A DNA stretch of 64,000 bases from Octopus sinensis (taxonomy: Eukaryota). Both the position numbers and the translations under genes were made by a program. Location: NCBI RefSeq assembly GCF_006345805.1, contig NC_043019.1, forward strand, positions 20,087,360 to 20,151,359, written 5' to 3'. The notes under the pieces were generated by a model, which saw only the letters and a list, made by a program, of their open reading frames with translations, ran no database searches and was not told where the DNA came from. This document shows, piece by piece, positions 37,121 through 49,845 of this stretch. Within the stretch, counting starts at the first letter, position 1, and each line of letters starts with the position of its first letter.

Positions 37121-37779
37121 CAAAACTATCTTTAATACACCAAATGCAAATTAATCAACTTCAAAATCAGGGCCTATTTACTCAAAACAGGATAGAGTAC
37201 ATTGCATGATATTGCAAGGCATTCCTGGATATCTGGAAATTCCAGATTCCCGGAAGCCAGATTAGATGTCCGTTTCTGTACACTTAAAGTATAAAAATCC
37301 TGGTACCCTAAAAAATTTTCAGTTGACTTGAAACTATGGGAAAATTTTTATGGACCCACGACCTGACATGATCAAGAAAAGAACTTGTAAACCATATATC
37401 TATACCCATCCCCATCACATAAACAAATGACAACATCAATATTTGTGCAAGTTCTTGTATGTGTGGCCTCCAGCACCTTTCCCCAAAACCTCTCTGCCCT
37501 CTTACAAAGTGTGGTCTGATACCTTATCTTTGTATGTAGCATATGCTCCGTAAAATGGGTTATCAGTTATTTGTTGACACAAACTGTTCAACATTTTAAG
37601 CAAGAGTTCTATTACCCATTTTTGATAATAAATTCACTGGTAGACAATCTGACTCACTTAGATATCAACTTTCATCTTTCACAGAGAATACTTAGTTCAT
37701 AACATGTCTTATCACCTAGGACAAAGACAAAGATGACGACAACAATGATATCAACAATATGGGAGGAGAAGGCCTTGAT

Positions 37780-38430
37780 GTCATTGGTCCACCTACGAGA
37801 ACAGTAAATCCAGATCAAATCCAGATCTGTTGTTAGCAACAGCGTCAAAACGAGAGAAGCAGAGAGAAGAGAGCTTCATTTGATCTGATGTTTTCATCAA
37901 GGACAGATGACAAGATGGGAAGAACATGTTGTCGAGAGGAAAATAAGTTGGGATGAGATATGGAAGTGGATGACATCTCGGCTAAGTTTCCTGATTCGTT
38001 CATCTTATGATGTTTTGACATCACCTACGAATCTAGTAAGATGGAACATCTCAGAGGATGGCATATACAAATGTGGAAAGGTTGGAACACTGAAACATAT
38101 TCTTCCCAACTGTTCGTTAGCATTGAACAGGTATACATGGAGACACAACTTGGTCCTTAAGGTTATCTTCAATGCTATAAAGAACCAAATTCATCTCAAC
38201 AACACTGAGAAAAAACCGTTAAAAGTACCATCTAGAGATTTCGTTACCTTCGTGCGATCAGGTCAGTGGATCGGTTTCAAGAAGATCAAGAAACTTCCTG
38301 TGAGAGATGAAAAGTGGAACAGCTATTGGGAGGTGACTGCAGATTTACCTGGGTGCCAGGGATTCTTTCCCATCCCAGTTATGAAAAAACTAGACATTTT
38401 GATGTGGTGTGAAAGAAGTAAAGTTTTAGA
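37780..38430 (+). mobile_element. HERO/NeSL-type (RLE endonuclease) non-LTR retrotransposon C-terminal relic
   Basis: TRWEEHVVERKISWDEIWK...SFLIRSSYDVL.SP.NL.RW...CGKVGTLKHILPNC...RYTWRHNLVL and a degenerate PD-like motif (KLDILMW). Confidence 0.78.
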
Positions 38431-38732
38431 CAATATACATGTAACATTTAAGTGTAACTACTGTTACAGTGGCTCACAGTAACACCCATCAATGTATCTT
38501 GCTATGACATATCAGTGTTGTGACAATTCTAACCAATTGCTATGAAGAAAGAAGCATCATTTACGTGGTTACACACCCTACTAGAAATAGGAACCAAGTC
38601 TCTCTCAAATCATAAAATATTACCATATTAAAAAAGTGCACGCTTTTAGTTAAATATCTGTAGAGAGAAAGAAATAGATTAGAGGAAGAACTAGTTAGCA
38701 AACTAGAAGAGGCTATTAGCAACGGCATCATG

Positions 38733-39030
38733 TTCCTTCTCTCGAGCCAGGACTGGCTCATAAGGGCCGGTTTCCCGGTTTCCTTGGCATATAGGTTCCC
38801 CACCAGGACGGGACGCCGGTCCGTCGCAGGTGAGCTGCAAGATGCAGGAAGAAAGAGTGAGAGAAAGTTGTGGCGAAAGTGTCAGCAGAAGCTCACCATT
38901 ACCTTCTGCCGGAGCCGCATGGAGCTTTGGTGTTTCGCTCATAAACACACACACTGCCCGGTCTGAGATTCGAACCCGCGATCTCTCGACTGCGAGTCCG
39001 CTGCTCTAACCACTAGGCCATGTGCCTCCA
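38733..39030 (-). mobile_element. SINE-A, tail type 3, with a 13-bp TSD
   Basis: TSD caacggcatcatg at 38720-38732 and 39031-39043; B-box ggttcgaatctc. Confidence 0.92.
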
Positions 39031-39089
39031 CAACGGCATCATGACAACATGTTATCAGTGAGAATGGCCCTTGACCATTTCTTTGGGGT

Positions 39090-40830
39090 AAAACACAAAG
39101 GATGCTTTGTTAGAGGTAAAACATGAGGGAATTAAAGCCGTCTATTGGAGACGTGGCAACAAAACCATGATTGGGTCTTTGATGGATTGGGATGGGCATA
39201 TGCGACTTGGTTCCAAGAAGATGTGTGTGGTTTTCCAGCAGCACATCGTGCAACTGTTTGGGAAGGGTCAACAAAATGTAGTTGAACAGACAGGTGTAGC
39301 ACTTGGCAGCAGATGCGAGGATCTGTGAAAAGCTGATAACGACCACTGAAATATGGGAGGCAATGAGTGATTGCACAAGTCCCAAATAGCTCAATTTGGA
39401 TGGTTTTTCCCTATGAATTCTATGTATTTATGCAAGATTCATTTGGCAGCCTCTTAGCAACAGACAGTAGGATGGGAGAATTCCTAGTGCTATTAGCTGG
39501 GGTCCGGTGACATTGCTGAGGACGGACATCAACCGTAGAAACGTGTTAAGGAATTTTCAGCCCATACCTCTGCTAAACACAGAGTTTAAGATTTTGGTTG
39601 AAGTGTTAGCAAAAAGGTTGGCACTTGATATTGGTAACAGAGAAGTGCAAATGTGTTGGTCAGAGAAGTGCAAATGTGCGAGTCCCAAACAGGTCTATGA
39701 AAAACAACCTCCACCTTATGCTGAGGGCTGTGACTAAAGCTGGCTTCGATGGGGCCCTGATCAATTTGGATCAGTCAAAGGCTTTCGATAGGGTTAACCT
39801 TCACTAGGAAGCCATCCTAGGAGTGACCAGTTTGGGACATGTTTTCAGAGGTGGGATTACTGCAATGCACAGTGGCTCCTACTCAGTGGTCAAAGTAAAC
39901 AGCTAGCTATCGGAACTATTTAGCATCGCATATGCAATCCGCAAGGGCTGCCCGCTGTCACCTCTTCTGTACATGCAGGCTCTCAAGCCACTGCTGTGGA
40001 AGTTGGAACAGTTCAGGGGTGTCCCTTTTGAACTGGAACACAGGAGGATAATATCAGCATACACAGACAATGTCACCATCGTGGTGTCAAATGTACTTGC
40101 TTGTACTTATGGTGACATTCACCCTGGGCGGGTTGAGTCAGCTTCCTCCACCACCCTCGAGGCATCTCGAACCATGGCAGTGGAAGAAGTTTCGTGGGAA
40201 TATGAATTTCACAAGCGGACCCCAACAATCCCGCATATAGAGACATCCTGTTTGCCGCAGATTATCAGCAGATGCAGGGACAGAACGACCGAGAATCTGC
40301 CGTTTGCCGAAACAGACACTCCGAGGATTTTCACCAGAGCCCCGTCTGCCGGGTTGTGGTCCTAATACCACTCGGTGTCAGACCAATCTGCCTTGGGTGG
40401 CCCTACCAGGAACTGAAGTTCCCGACGGCATAGCTCTGACACTACCCGTTGCCAGCATCCCCACCACGGTGAGGAGGGGATGGACTTTGGGGACACAATG
40501 GTGTCAGATGACACCATTGTAAAAGAATATAAGTGGGTTGCAGGGACCAAAATCAATGCCAACAAGTCAGTGGGCTTGTGACAGAGCATCTGGAGAGACA
40601 GATTGATGCCATTGGACAGCGTCATCAGATGCTGGACTGATAGGCCAGTTAAACTGCTCAGGGTCTGGTTTGGTCCTAACCTCCAGGTGGATAAGAACTG
40701 GGATGAGTGACAAACAGTGTGGTCAAACTTACCCAGAAATGGGTAGAGAGGAAGCTGTCCTTGGAAGGTTGGGCATCATCATTTATTGTCTGACTGTCAT
40801 GCCTTTCCCCAGTTAGTGTTGAACAAGGAC
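39090..40830 (+). mobile_element. Tx1/L1-clade LINE RT relic with an inserted unclassified repeat
   Basis: NFQPIPLLNTEFKIL, LDQSKAFDRV, RKGCPLSPLLY, AYTDNVT, GTKINANKSVG. Many disablements. Confidence 0.85.
40105..40495. repeat. Unclassified ~390-bp interspersed repeat, copy 1
   Basis: Aligns by eye with 53860-54235; interrupts the Tx1 RT after the YADD-equivalent. Confidence 0.7.
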
Positions 40831-40842
40831 AGAAACATTCCT

Positions 40843-41080
40843 TTAAGGCGACGAGCTGGCTGAAACGTTAGGACACTGGGCGAAACGCTTACCGGTTTTT
40901 CGTCTGCCGTTACGTTCTGAGTTCAAATTCCGCCGAGGTTGACTTTGCCTTTCATCCTTTTGGGGTGGATAAATAAAGTACCAGTTACGCACTGGGGTCG
41001 ATGTAATCGGCTTCATCCCTTTGTCTGTCCTTGTTTGTCCCCTCTATGTTTAGCCCCTTGTGGGCAATAAAGAAATAAGA
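40843..41080 (+). mobile_element. SINE-C monomer
   Basis: Same motifs. Confidence 0.88.
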
Positions 41081-41504
41081 AACATTCCTTTATGGTAGAG
41101 CCTTCATCAATTTTTTCAAGGGTTGTCCTTGAGCGAATTTATTGAAAGGTGGGAGAAAGTTGTGAAAATGGCAAGAGTGGATGGTGCTGCTCTAAGTGTA
41201 GACCTGTGAGTCAGAGGAAAGGAGTTGGCGAGGGTACTTGTCGTTGGTATTCAGTGAGATCTTGGACAGTGAGGTTCCTAAAGGTCCTCCTGATACAGAA
41301 GGACCCCATCACTGTCATCTTTATTTCTTTCTCTTACTGTCATATACTATATATACTTCCCTTCTTTTAATGTATGACATGTATACTTTTCTTTCTTTTT
41401 TCCCTTTTTTTTATCATTCCATTATATGTAAACCCTGACACTTTGTCGTATTGTCCCTCTCATCCTTCACTTTGGTATCAAAAAAAAAATCATCACCATC
41501 ATTC

Positions 41505-41780
41505 ATCATCATCATCATCGTTTAACGTCCACTTTCCATGCTAGCATGGGTTGGACGATTTTGACTGAGGGCTGGCGAACCAGATGGCTGCACCAGACTC
41601 CAATCTTGATCTGGCAGAGTTTCTACTGCTGGATGCCCTTCCTAGCACCAACCACTCCGTGAGTGTAGTGGGTGCTTTTTACGTGCCACCAGAGCCTGGT
41701 GTAGCCTCCTGGCTTCCCAGACTCCGGTCGAACCGTCCAACTCATGCAAGCATGGAAAGTGGACATTAAATGATGATGAT
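41505..41780. mobile_element. Two short family D fragments in inverted arrangement
   Basis: (CAT)n left, (GAT)n right. Confidence 0.8.
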
Positions 41781-42108
41781 GAATTAATATTTCCAATTTA
41801 TCACAATAACATAACCATACAAAATACACTTCAAATCAATCTCTCTGTTTCCTCAGCTGATCTCCACTGACCGGATAAACCCATTGGTCAACATGTATCG
41901 TCATTTGACCGATTAGACACAGAGATGCTGAGCTGCTGGCTTCATTCAGAGATTTTCCTCCATGTTCTTGCTTTCTCCAAGACCCAATCGCTCCCCTCTC
42001 TCCTCCGCAACCTTCTAACTAACACCATTTTGTCTTCTCTCACCCACTCCCTATATCTTCTCCAAACAACCTCTCTCTCTCACTCCCCACCAGGCCATAT
42101 CTATCTGT

Positions 42109-42510
42109 GGATCTTTTCAGTTTGAACGGCAGTTTTTTAAAGATAATTTCCACGTAAATAAACACCTTTAAACTTCGTATACTGGTAGAATGTGTTTATA
42201 AAACATCTTTTTCTCTTGGCTTTATTGAGAAAATTCTATAGTTTGTAAGATATTTGTTGTTTTTTTCTTCAATTTCAACCAATCACTGACGTATTTGGAG
42301 TAAACAACATTCTGTGCCGTATGAATATGTCCCCCGTTTAAGAAACAGATTGAGTTTATTTACATTTGTGAAGAAAAAAAGATACCCTTCCCACCACCCC
42401 TAACCCTAAAATAGATTGAAATGCAATAGATCGATACTAGGGTCATAATTATGGGTGACAATTTCATATGACACCACTAGAAAAAACTGCCGTTCAAACC
42501 GAAAAGATCC
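42109..42510. mobile_element. Same Merlin-like MITE
   Basis: Same TIRs; perfect TSD ctatctgt. Confidence 0.88.
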
Positions 42511-42665
42511 CTATCTGTTTTTATTCTGCTAGTATTTGCCTCTCCTCTCCCAAAGAATTGCTTCCAAATCTCTTCAGTGTTTCTTCTCATCCTCCTCTAT
42601 CCATTCTCTTTTGGCTATCCTCCTTTTCTCTATCAGTTCCACCTTCTCTCCATTGAAACTACTCT

Positions 42666-42892
42666 TTAACCCTTTCATTATCAACCTGGCAGAAACCGGC
42701 CCTGGCTCTGTCGTACAAATGTCTTGTTTTCATAAGTTTTGAATTAAAATCTTCCACCAAACCTTAGCCACAATTTATGTTCCTAACACTAGCTGAGTGA
42801 TAACTATGTTATTTTACTAAACTCTTTGTTATATTTTAAGTAATTGAAAGAAACACAGAGCATCTAATAATGAATACAGTAACAAAAGGGTT
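42666..42892. mobile_element. Monomeric copy of the same piggyBac-like MITE
   Basis: TTAACCCTTTC left end and the same internal sequence; the right end aaagggtt is abutted by a family-D fragment. Confidence 0.82.
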
Positions 42893-43117
42893 TGCACCAT
42901 CCGATCATGGCCGTTTGCCAGCCTCGTCTGGCACCTGTGCCAGTAGCACATAAAAGCACCCACTACACTCACGGAGTGGTTGGCATTAGGAAGGGATCCA
43001 GCAGTAGAAATATTGCCAGATCAGACTGGACCTGGTGCAGCTTTCTGGCTTCCCAGACCCCAGTTGAACCGTCCAACCCATGCTAGCATGGAAAGCGGAC
43101 GCTAAACGATGATGATA
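42893..43117 (+). mobile_element. Family D copy
   Basis: Same motifs. Confidence 0.85.
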
Positions 43118-43319
43118 TATAGGCACAAGCATAAGAAGCTCAATTTGGAACCATGTGGTTTCAGGGTTCAGTTGACCCATTGCATGGCACCTGGCAATAG
43201 GTGTTGGTTTGTTTATATTTTCATAGCTTAGCAGTTTAGCAAAACTGGCCAATAGAATATGTACCAGACTTTACAAATAACTATTGTGGTAAATTTGTTC
43301 AACTAAAATCCTTGAAGGT

Positions 43320-43684
43320 GGTGATGTTGATGTTGAGCGAGAAGTCCGTAGTGAGAGAAGTCCGAAACATGGTCCTTTGCTATTCGTAAGACCCGCAGAA
43401 GAGAAAGCAGGTCAACCACCGACACCGAGAGCATCGACGGATGGATGAATGCGCATCCAGGCTGAGCGGTTGCATAGGAAGTCGGGGACAAGAAACAGGA
43501 AGAAAGAGTGAGAGAAAGTTGGAGCAAAAGAGTACAACAGGGGTCGCCACCACCTCCTGCTGGAGCCTCATGGAACTTTAGATGTTTTCGCTCAATAAAC
43601 ACACACAACGCCCGGTCTGGGAATCGAAACCGCGATCCTCCGACCGCGAGTCCGCTGCCCTAACCATTGAGCCATTGCACCTCC
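43320..43684 (-). mobile_element. SINE-A, tail type 2
   Basis: Same as 22054. Confidence 0.9.
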
Positions 43685-43832
43685 ACTGAAGGTGGTGATG
43701 CAGCATGGCCACTGTCCAATGACTGAAGTAACTAAAAGATACACACACATTCTTAGGAGATTGACTTTCTTTTATCATCACAAAAATGGTGGGTTGGCAG
43801 AAAAGACAAGTTGTTCTATAAAAATAAACAAT

Positions 43833-43998
43833 TGAGTGGCTGTGTGGTAAATAGCTTGCTTACTAACCACATGGTTCCGGGTTCAGTCCCACTGCGTGGC
43901 ATCTTGGGCAAGTGTCTTCTACTGTAGCCTCGGGCTGACCAAAGGCCTTGTGAATGGATTTGGTAGACGGAAACTGAAAGAAGCCTGTCGTATATATG

Positions 43999-44032
<34 letters not shown>

Positions 44033-45980
44033 CACATTAGTAAAAAACACCATCTCGCCTGGAAATCCATCAAAGACCTATCAGGCAAAAATTCTGGGTC
44101 ATCAATTAGAATTAAAGGGGGATCAGCTAAGAAGCGTTTAGAAAATTGGTCAACCCATTTTAAAAACCTCCTTGGGAAGAATGCCAAAATCTCTGATAAC
44201 CCCACTCTTCCAAGTGTGCCTATATCAGACATGCTGGACATCAATACCTCCCCTTTTACCATATTTGAACTAACAGCAGCCACCAAGCAACTAAAAGCCT
44301 CAAAAGCATTTGGTCCCAACATCCCAGCTATAATTTGGAAGGATGATAGATTTCACACACTTTTGCTCAACCTCTGCAACCACACACATTCCACCTTTGT
44401 AGCTCCAAAGATTTGGCACCAATCTCAAATCATCCCAATACTCAAAAAAGGCGATTTATCCCTCGTCACCAACTACAGAGGTATATCTCTAATGTCAATT
44501 GCTGCAAAACTGTACAACAAACTGATCCTAAATCGTCTTGTCCTTTTTGCTGAACCTTTGCTCCGAAAGAACCAAAATGGATTCAGACATGGGCGCTCAA
44601 CGCTGAGCCAGATACTATGCCTACGCAGACTTATTGAAGAGTCAAAAGCATTTAATCGCGATCTTGCAATGGTACTTGTAGACTTTTCTAAAGCGTTCGA
44701 TTCTGTAGATAGGTACAAGATGTTTGAAATCCTTAAGCTCTATGGGATACCAGACAAAATCATTTCTGCTATCAAGGTCCTCTACACAGATACGTCTTCA
44801 ACCATCATAACCCCTGACGGAGAAACATCATCTTTCTCAATCAAAGCCGGAATACTGTAGGGAGACACACTCGCCCCATTTCTTTTCATCATTGTTGTTG
44901 ATTATGTGCTACGTATGTCAGTTGATACCATCTCTGGCAAGGGCTTTGAAATAAAACCAAGAAGTTCCAGACACCCAGCTGAGTACTTGACAGACACTGA
45001 CTTTGCTGACGACATCACTCTTATCAGTGATTCTCTCTCCAATGCCCAGTCTCTTTTACAATCTCTTGAACAAGCCTCAAATTGTGTAGGTCTTTACCTC
45101 AATGAGGCCAAATCTGAATACATAAACAAGTGCCTGTCCAACAGTGATTGCATCATCCATACCCTCAACAATGCGCCCTTAAATATGGTTTCTGATTATA
45201 AATATCTTGGGTCATACATATCATCATCTGGAAAAGACTTTCTAACTAGAAAGGGTATGGCCTGGTCAGCCTGTAATGATATGCATAAGATCTGGTCATC
45301 AAATCTAAGTAGAGACTTCAAACTTGAAATCTTCAAAGTCACAGTCGAACCAATTCTACTATATGGCTCAGAAACCTGGACGTTATCAAAGAAGCTTGAG
45401 AGGCAGTTGGATGGAACCTACACTCGCCTCCTTATGAGAGCTCAAAATCTCTTGTGGAAGTGCCATCCAACCAAAATGCAAATATATGGGAAACTACCAC
45501 CTGTGTCATCTTTTGCGAAAGGTAGGAGAGTCCAGTTTGCTGGACATTGTTGTAGAGCTGAAAAAGAAGTAATTTCTACTCTTCTCCTCTGGAAGCCATC
45601 TACTTGCAATACCAGAGGGCGCACACTCTCCTACCATGATGTAATCTCCAGGGATACAGGCATCCAGCAACAGGACCTCCATAATACCATGATGGACCGT
45701 GAAGTCTGGTGTAGCATGGTAAATTCCATTGTTTCGACCACGGTCGAACAATGATGATGATGATGATGTGTGTGTGTGTGGGTATATGTTTGTCCTCCCA
45801 ACATTGCTTGACAACCGATGCTGGTGTGTTTACGTCCCCGTCACTTAGCGGTTCGGCAAAGAGACCAATAGAATAAATACTGGACTTACAAAGAATAAGT
45901 CCCGGGGTCGATCTGCTTGACTAAAGGCGGTGCTCCAGCATGGCCACAGTCAAATGACGGAAACAAAAGAGTAAAAGAGT
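43833..45980 (+). mobile_element. SINE-B split by a LINE (halves 43833-44034 and 45769-45980)
   Basis: Head plus microsatellite before the LINE; microsatellite plus 3' half after it. Confidence 0.9.
44035..45768 (+). mobile_element. 5'-truncated, near-intact RTE-clade LINE inserted into a SINE-B microsatellite
   Basis: ORFs 44018-44860 and 44906-45754 share a frame, broken by one TAG in GIL*GDTLAP. Motifs FADDI, YKYLGS and YGSETWTL; (TGA)n tail. Confidence 0.95.
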
Positions 45981-46056
45981 AAATTACCTTAGAAAATATG
46001 AAGAGATCAAAAAGTAAAAGAATTAAGATAAACACGTAAAATAATAAAATAAATAT

Positions 46057-46062
46057 TTTATT
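46057..46062 (-). terminator. Candidate poly(A) signal of SLC25A38
   Basis: AATAAA on the minus strand about 290 nt after the stop, followed by U-rich sequence. Confidence 0.4.
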
Positions 46063-46350
46063 CCATTTTGTTGTGGGGAGTTTTTTATTATTTCTTTTTT
46101 TGCTCTTTATAGATAACGACAAATTTCTTTCGTGCAGACTTTGAGAATCTCGACGTAGGACATCAACAATCCTCACTCAATTCACTGCCATTCAGCTGAT
46201 CCACGCAAATTGGAAAATGTTGTAGCTTTGGGTTTGGTGCAGAGTTCAGAGTTTCAAGAAAAAAGGACTTGAAAAGGACACGTCTATTACTGAATGCTCA
46301 CATCAGATTTTGACTTGAAAATTCAAAGATAATTGGCTGCTGGTCAATCA

Positions 46351-46380
46351 TCAAGTTTCTAAGCCAAATTTCTTCATCAT
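46351..46380 (-). CDS. SLC25A38: SLC25A38 last coding exon
   Basis: MMKKFGLET* (human ends MMAKMGLKS*). Long pyrimidine tract plus ttacag acceptor; tandem TGATGA. Confidence 0.88.
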   Translation of the reverse strand: MMKKFGLET

Positions 46381-47562
46381 CTGTAAAAAAAGAAAAGAGG
46401 AAAAATTCTTTCAGGCATGGCTGTGTGATAAAGAAGCTTGCTTCCCAACCATATGGTTCTGCGTTCAGTCCTACACACACACACACACAGACACACACAC
46501 TTACATATCATCATCATCATTGTTTAACGTCTGCCTTCCTTGCTAGAATGGGTATATATATAAATATATATTTGAAAAAATAAATAAAAATGGCTTTTCT
46601 GATAATTTTCCCACTATAATAATGTTCATAAGTTAATAAAAGGTGACTACAAGATCTTAGATCTCATTTCCTCTCTTGTAGCGTCAGTTTTCCACATATC
46701 TGAAAGTTTTTTCTGGATACTTCCACTGCTTCTTTTGTTAATTTCTTCATATATATATATAGGTGTTATATTTTTACAAATTTTCTTTTGGAAGTTTGTT
46801 ACTGTAAGGCAAAGCAATATGATTTTGGCCTCAAATTTCTGTAGTGCTAAATTGAGGTGAATGTTTGTTCCTTCATTTGGTTCCAACATTATTTCTTTGA
46901 TACAAAATTTTCTTGAGAGTATTACTTCTCTGCTCCTCCACTGTTCATATGTGTTGGCTAAGTTTTCATTTTTTAGGGCTCTCCAATATAATTATTTTCT
47001 TTTATTTAATGGACTATTCCAGATGTTTTTCATTTGACTTCTCTTTTAGTATGCCTCCTTTTCCAAGTTGAGTTCATTCCATTCTTTAAACATGTTTTGT
47101 GTAGCCCAAGTCCACCCTGTCAAGGTCCCAGTTTATGGGTTAGATAGCATGTAAATAGAAGTCAGATGGGAATAAGGGAATAAACAGCTCCAAACCAAAT
47201 CATGGGTGGCCCCTTGGCAAGACCCAGTACCAGGTAACCACCCAAACCAGGTTTACATTAAACTCATGGGTTGTGATGGGATGTGAACTATTTAGGCAAA
47301 TATACTTAGCAAATCAATGGCAAAAATCTCTAGGTGCTGAGCAGATTAACAGTCAACAAACTGTCAATGGCCAGGCTAAACCAGTTCACTTAGTGAACTA
47401 CTTACTATCTCATCTGTAGTTGTGACATGCACAGGTGAAATATTCAGCTATCAAAAGACCAAAATGGCTTAAGTCCAAGGCAAGTCACCTGACCAAATAA
47501 TGATGATGGATTTATTCACTCAGTACTAACCTAGGGCTAAACAACACACAAACAAATATATA

Positions 47563-47822
47563 TTTCTTTATTGCCCACAAGGGGCTAAACATAGAGGGGA
47601 CAAATAAAGACAGACAAAGGGATTAAGTCGATTACATCGACCCCAGTGCATAACTGGTACTTTATTTATCGACCCCGAAAGGATGAAAGGCAAAGTCAAC
47701 CTCAGCGGAATCCGAAAGGATGAAAGGCAAAGTCAACCTCTGTGGAATCCGAAAGGATGAAAGGCAAAGTCAACCTCTGCGGAATCCGAAAGGATGAAAG
47801 GCAAATTCGACCTCGGCAGAAT
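47563..47822 (-). mobile_element. Headless SINE-C with a 37-bp internal unit repeated 4 times
   Basis: cgaaaggatgaaaggcaaagtcaacctc.gcggaatc x4. Confidence 0.85.
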
Positions 47823-47855
47823 ACAACACACAAACAAATATAAGAAATGACTTAC

Positions 47856-47948
47856 ATGTTCATATACTGTCCAAGCCATAGCAGCCATGAGGCAGCGGCG
47901 TAAGGCACGGGGGACGAAACCTCTTTGGAACCCAATCAAACCTTCTTT
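47856..47948 (-). CDS. SLC25A38: SLC25A38 coding exon 9 (93 bp)
   Basis: [31 protein letters not shown] resembles [26 protein letters not shown]. Acceptor ttttctag, donor gtaagt. Confidence 0.96.
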
Positions 47949-48449
47949 CTAGAAAAGAAAACAGAAAAATAAGACAATCAGTATCGATCTAACATCCACT
48001 TCCCTTTGCTAACCAGCAGGAAATTGTCAAATGTTAAGCCAGAAGTAACTAACTAGAAAAACTTAAATTTTTAGAGTGGAAACATCATCGTTTTCTTAAT
48101 GGTTCCCTTTTCCATGCTTGCAAAGAATTTGTTGAGGCAGGTTTTTCTATGGCCGATGCCTTTCCTGTTGTCAATCCTCACCTATTTTCACAGATGCAGC
48201 ATTGAGATGCCCACATCTCAATACTGTTTCTGCCATCTGTAAAGATGAGGATTGTTAGATCTGACTTTGCAACTCTGCCTTATGTTTTTTTTTGTCTATC
48301 TTCTCCTACCATACAACAAATAAACAAGTAAGAGTCAATGAACCTCTATACTAGAGCTTCTTTCATTTAAAAGAAGAAGAACAGATAAGATAAAACTGAT
48401 CAGTGATAAGAAAAACTGATCAATGAAGTACAAAAACAATCAAAGCTGG

Positions 48450-49035
48450 AACAAGTGCCAGTAAGGCGACGCTGGTAACGATCACGCTCGAATAGTGCCT
48501 TTTACGTGCCACCTCCCAACATTGCTTGACAACCGATGCTGGTGTGCTTACGTCCCCATAACTTAGCGGTTCGGCAAAAGAGACCGATAGAATAAGTACT
48601 AGGCTTACAAAGAATAAGTCCTGGGGTCGATTTGCTCGACTAAAGGCGATGATCCAGCATGGCCACAGTCAAAATGACTGAAACAAAAGAGTAAAAGAGT
48701 AAATTACCTTAGAAAATATGAAGAGATCAAAAAGTAAAAGAATTAAGATAAACAAGGAAAATAATAAAATAAATATTTTATTTCATTTTGTTAGCCGCTA
48801 TGGCAACGATCACGCTCGGACGGTTCTTTTAGCACCCTACTAGCATGGGGCACAAGTGCAGAAAGGCGACGCTGGTAACTATCACACTCGAATGGCGTCT
48901 TTTATGTGCCACTGGCATGGAAGCCGGTTAGCCACTCTGTCAACAATCACGCACATGTGGTGCTCTTTGCGCCCCGCTAGCACAGATGCCAGTCATCGAA
49001 TTTGATTTCACTTGCCTCAACAGGTCTTCGCAAGC
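48450..49035 (-). mobile_element. Family D subrepeat region interrupted by a templated insertion at 48512-48792
   Basis: Matches 54620-54850 on both sides of the insert. Confidence 0.75.
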
Positions 49036-49222
49036 AGTGATTGCTTATTTTAAGAATGATATTGTAGGGTAGATGTGAGAGGTCTGATCTGGCCAGATAT
49101 GACTGGTTTAAATGCTAAAGGGTAAGGTGTGATTTCAAAGTTGACTTGGTTATCATTTCTAGCAATGTTGACTGGCCACATGTGGGCTCCTCTCCTTGTT
49201 ATTTGTAAATTGTATTACTCAC

Positions 49223-49389
49223 CTGATATATATAAAGTGTAGCATCTTGGATAGTTGGGTAAGTCTTGGGGTGTAGCTGCATGAGTGTCTTAACAACATC
49301 TGCTGGTTGAGTGAGTATTGAAGCCAGCACACCAGCAAGAATTCCACAGTTGAAGTGTAGCAGAGGTAGATAAGATTTATTGACAATGT
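49223..49389 (-). CDS. SLC25A38: SLC25A38 coding exon 8 (167 bp)
   Basis: DIVNKSYLPLLHFNCGILAGVLASILTQPADVVKTLMQLHPKTYPTIQDATLYIYQ carries the third carrier signature. Acceptor cttacag, donor gtgagt. Confidence 0.96.
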
Positions 49390-49464
49390 CTGTAAGACAG
49401 AAAGTTAATATTCAATTTAGTAGTGGAACCAATAAACTATTAACAGTTTTTTGTCATACTGGAG

Positions 49465-49845
49465 CACACAATAACTCTGAGCACCTTTTCGAACTCCACC
49501 CATCTAACACCCGTGGACATATTTACAAAGTCAGAAAACAGCACAGCTCCCATGACTTTCAGAAACATTTTTTCACGCTGAGAGTTGCTGAAGCATGGAA
49601 CAAACTGCCGGCATCAGTTGTTAGTTGTTGGAGCACTGCATCCTTCAAAACTTCCATGCTTCCTGAGATTCGCCAACACTACACCTGATTTCCTCCCCTC
49701 CATACACACACAAGCATGTATCTGACTCATGCATTGTTCGCTTTCCAGACATTTGTACATTACTGCATGTACTTTATATGCACTTTCTGACAAGTTGTGG
49801 TGCACCTGAGCACTGTATACAATAATTTCATTATTATTTTTTTTT
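49465..49845 (+). mobile_element. CR1-clade LINE 3' fragment
   Basis: NTRGHIYKVRKQHSSHDFQKHFFTLRVAEAWNKLP, same family as 36.6 kb. Confidence 0.88.

Noticed and set aside
46176-46193. CAGUGA in the SLC25A38 3' UTR as an iron-responsive element
   Set aside because: The flanking AAUGG and AUUGA do not form the required 5-bp upper stem.
46600-47100. 80-aa minus-strand ORF in the last SLC25A38 intron
   Set aside because: Looks like decayed retroelement sequence, but I cannot assign it; no splice support.
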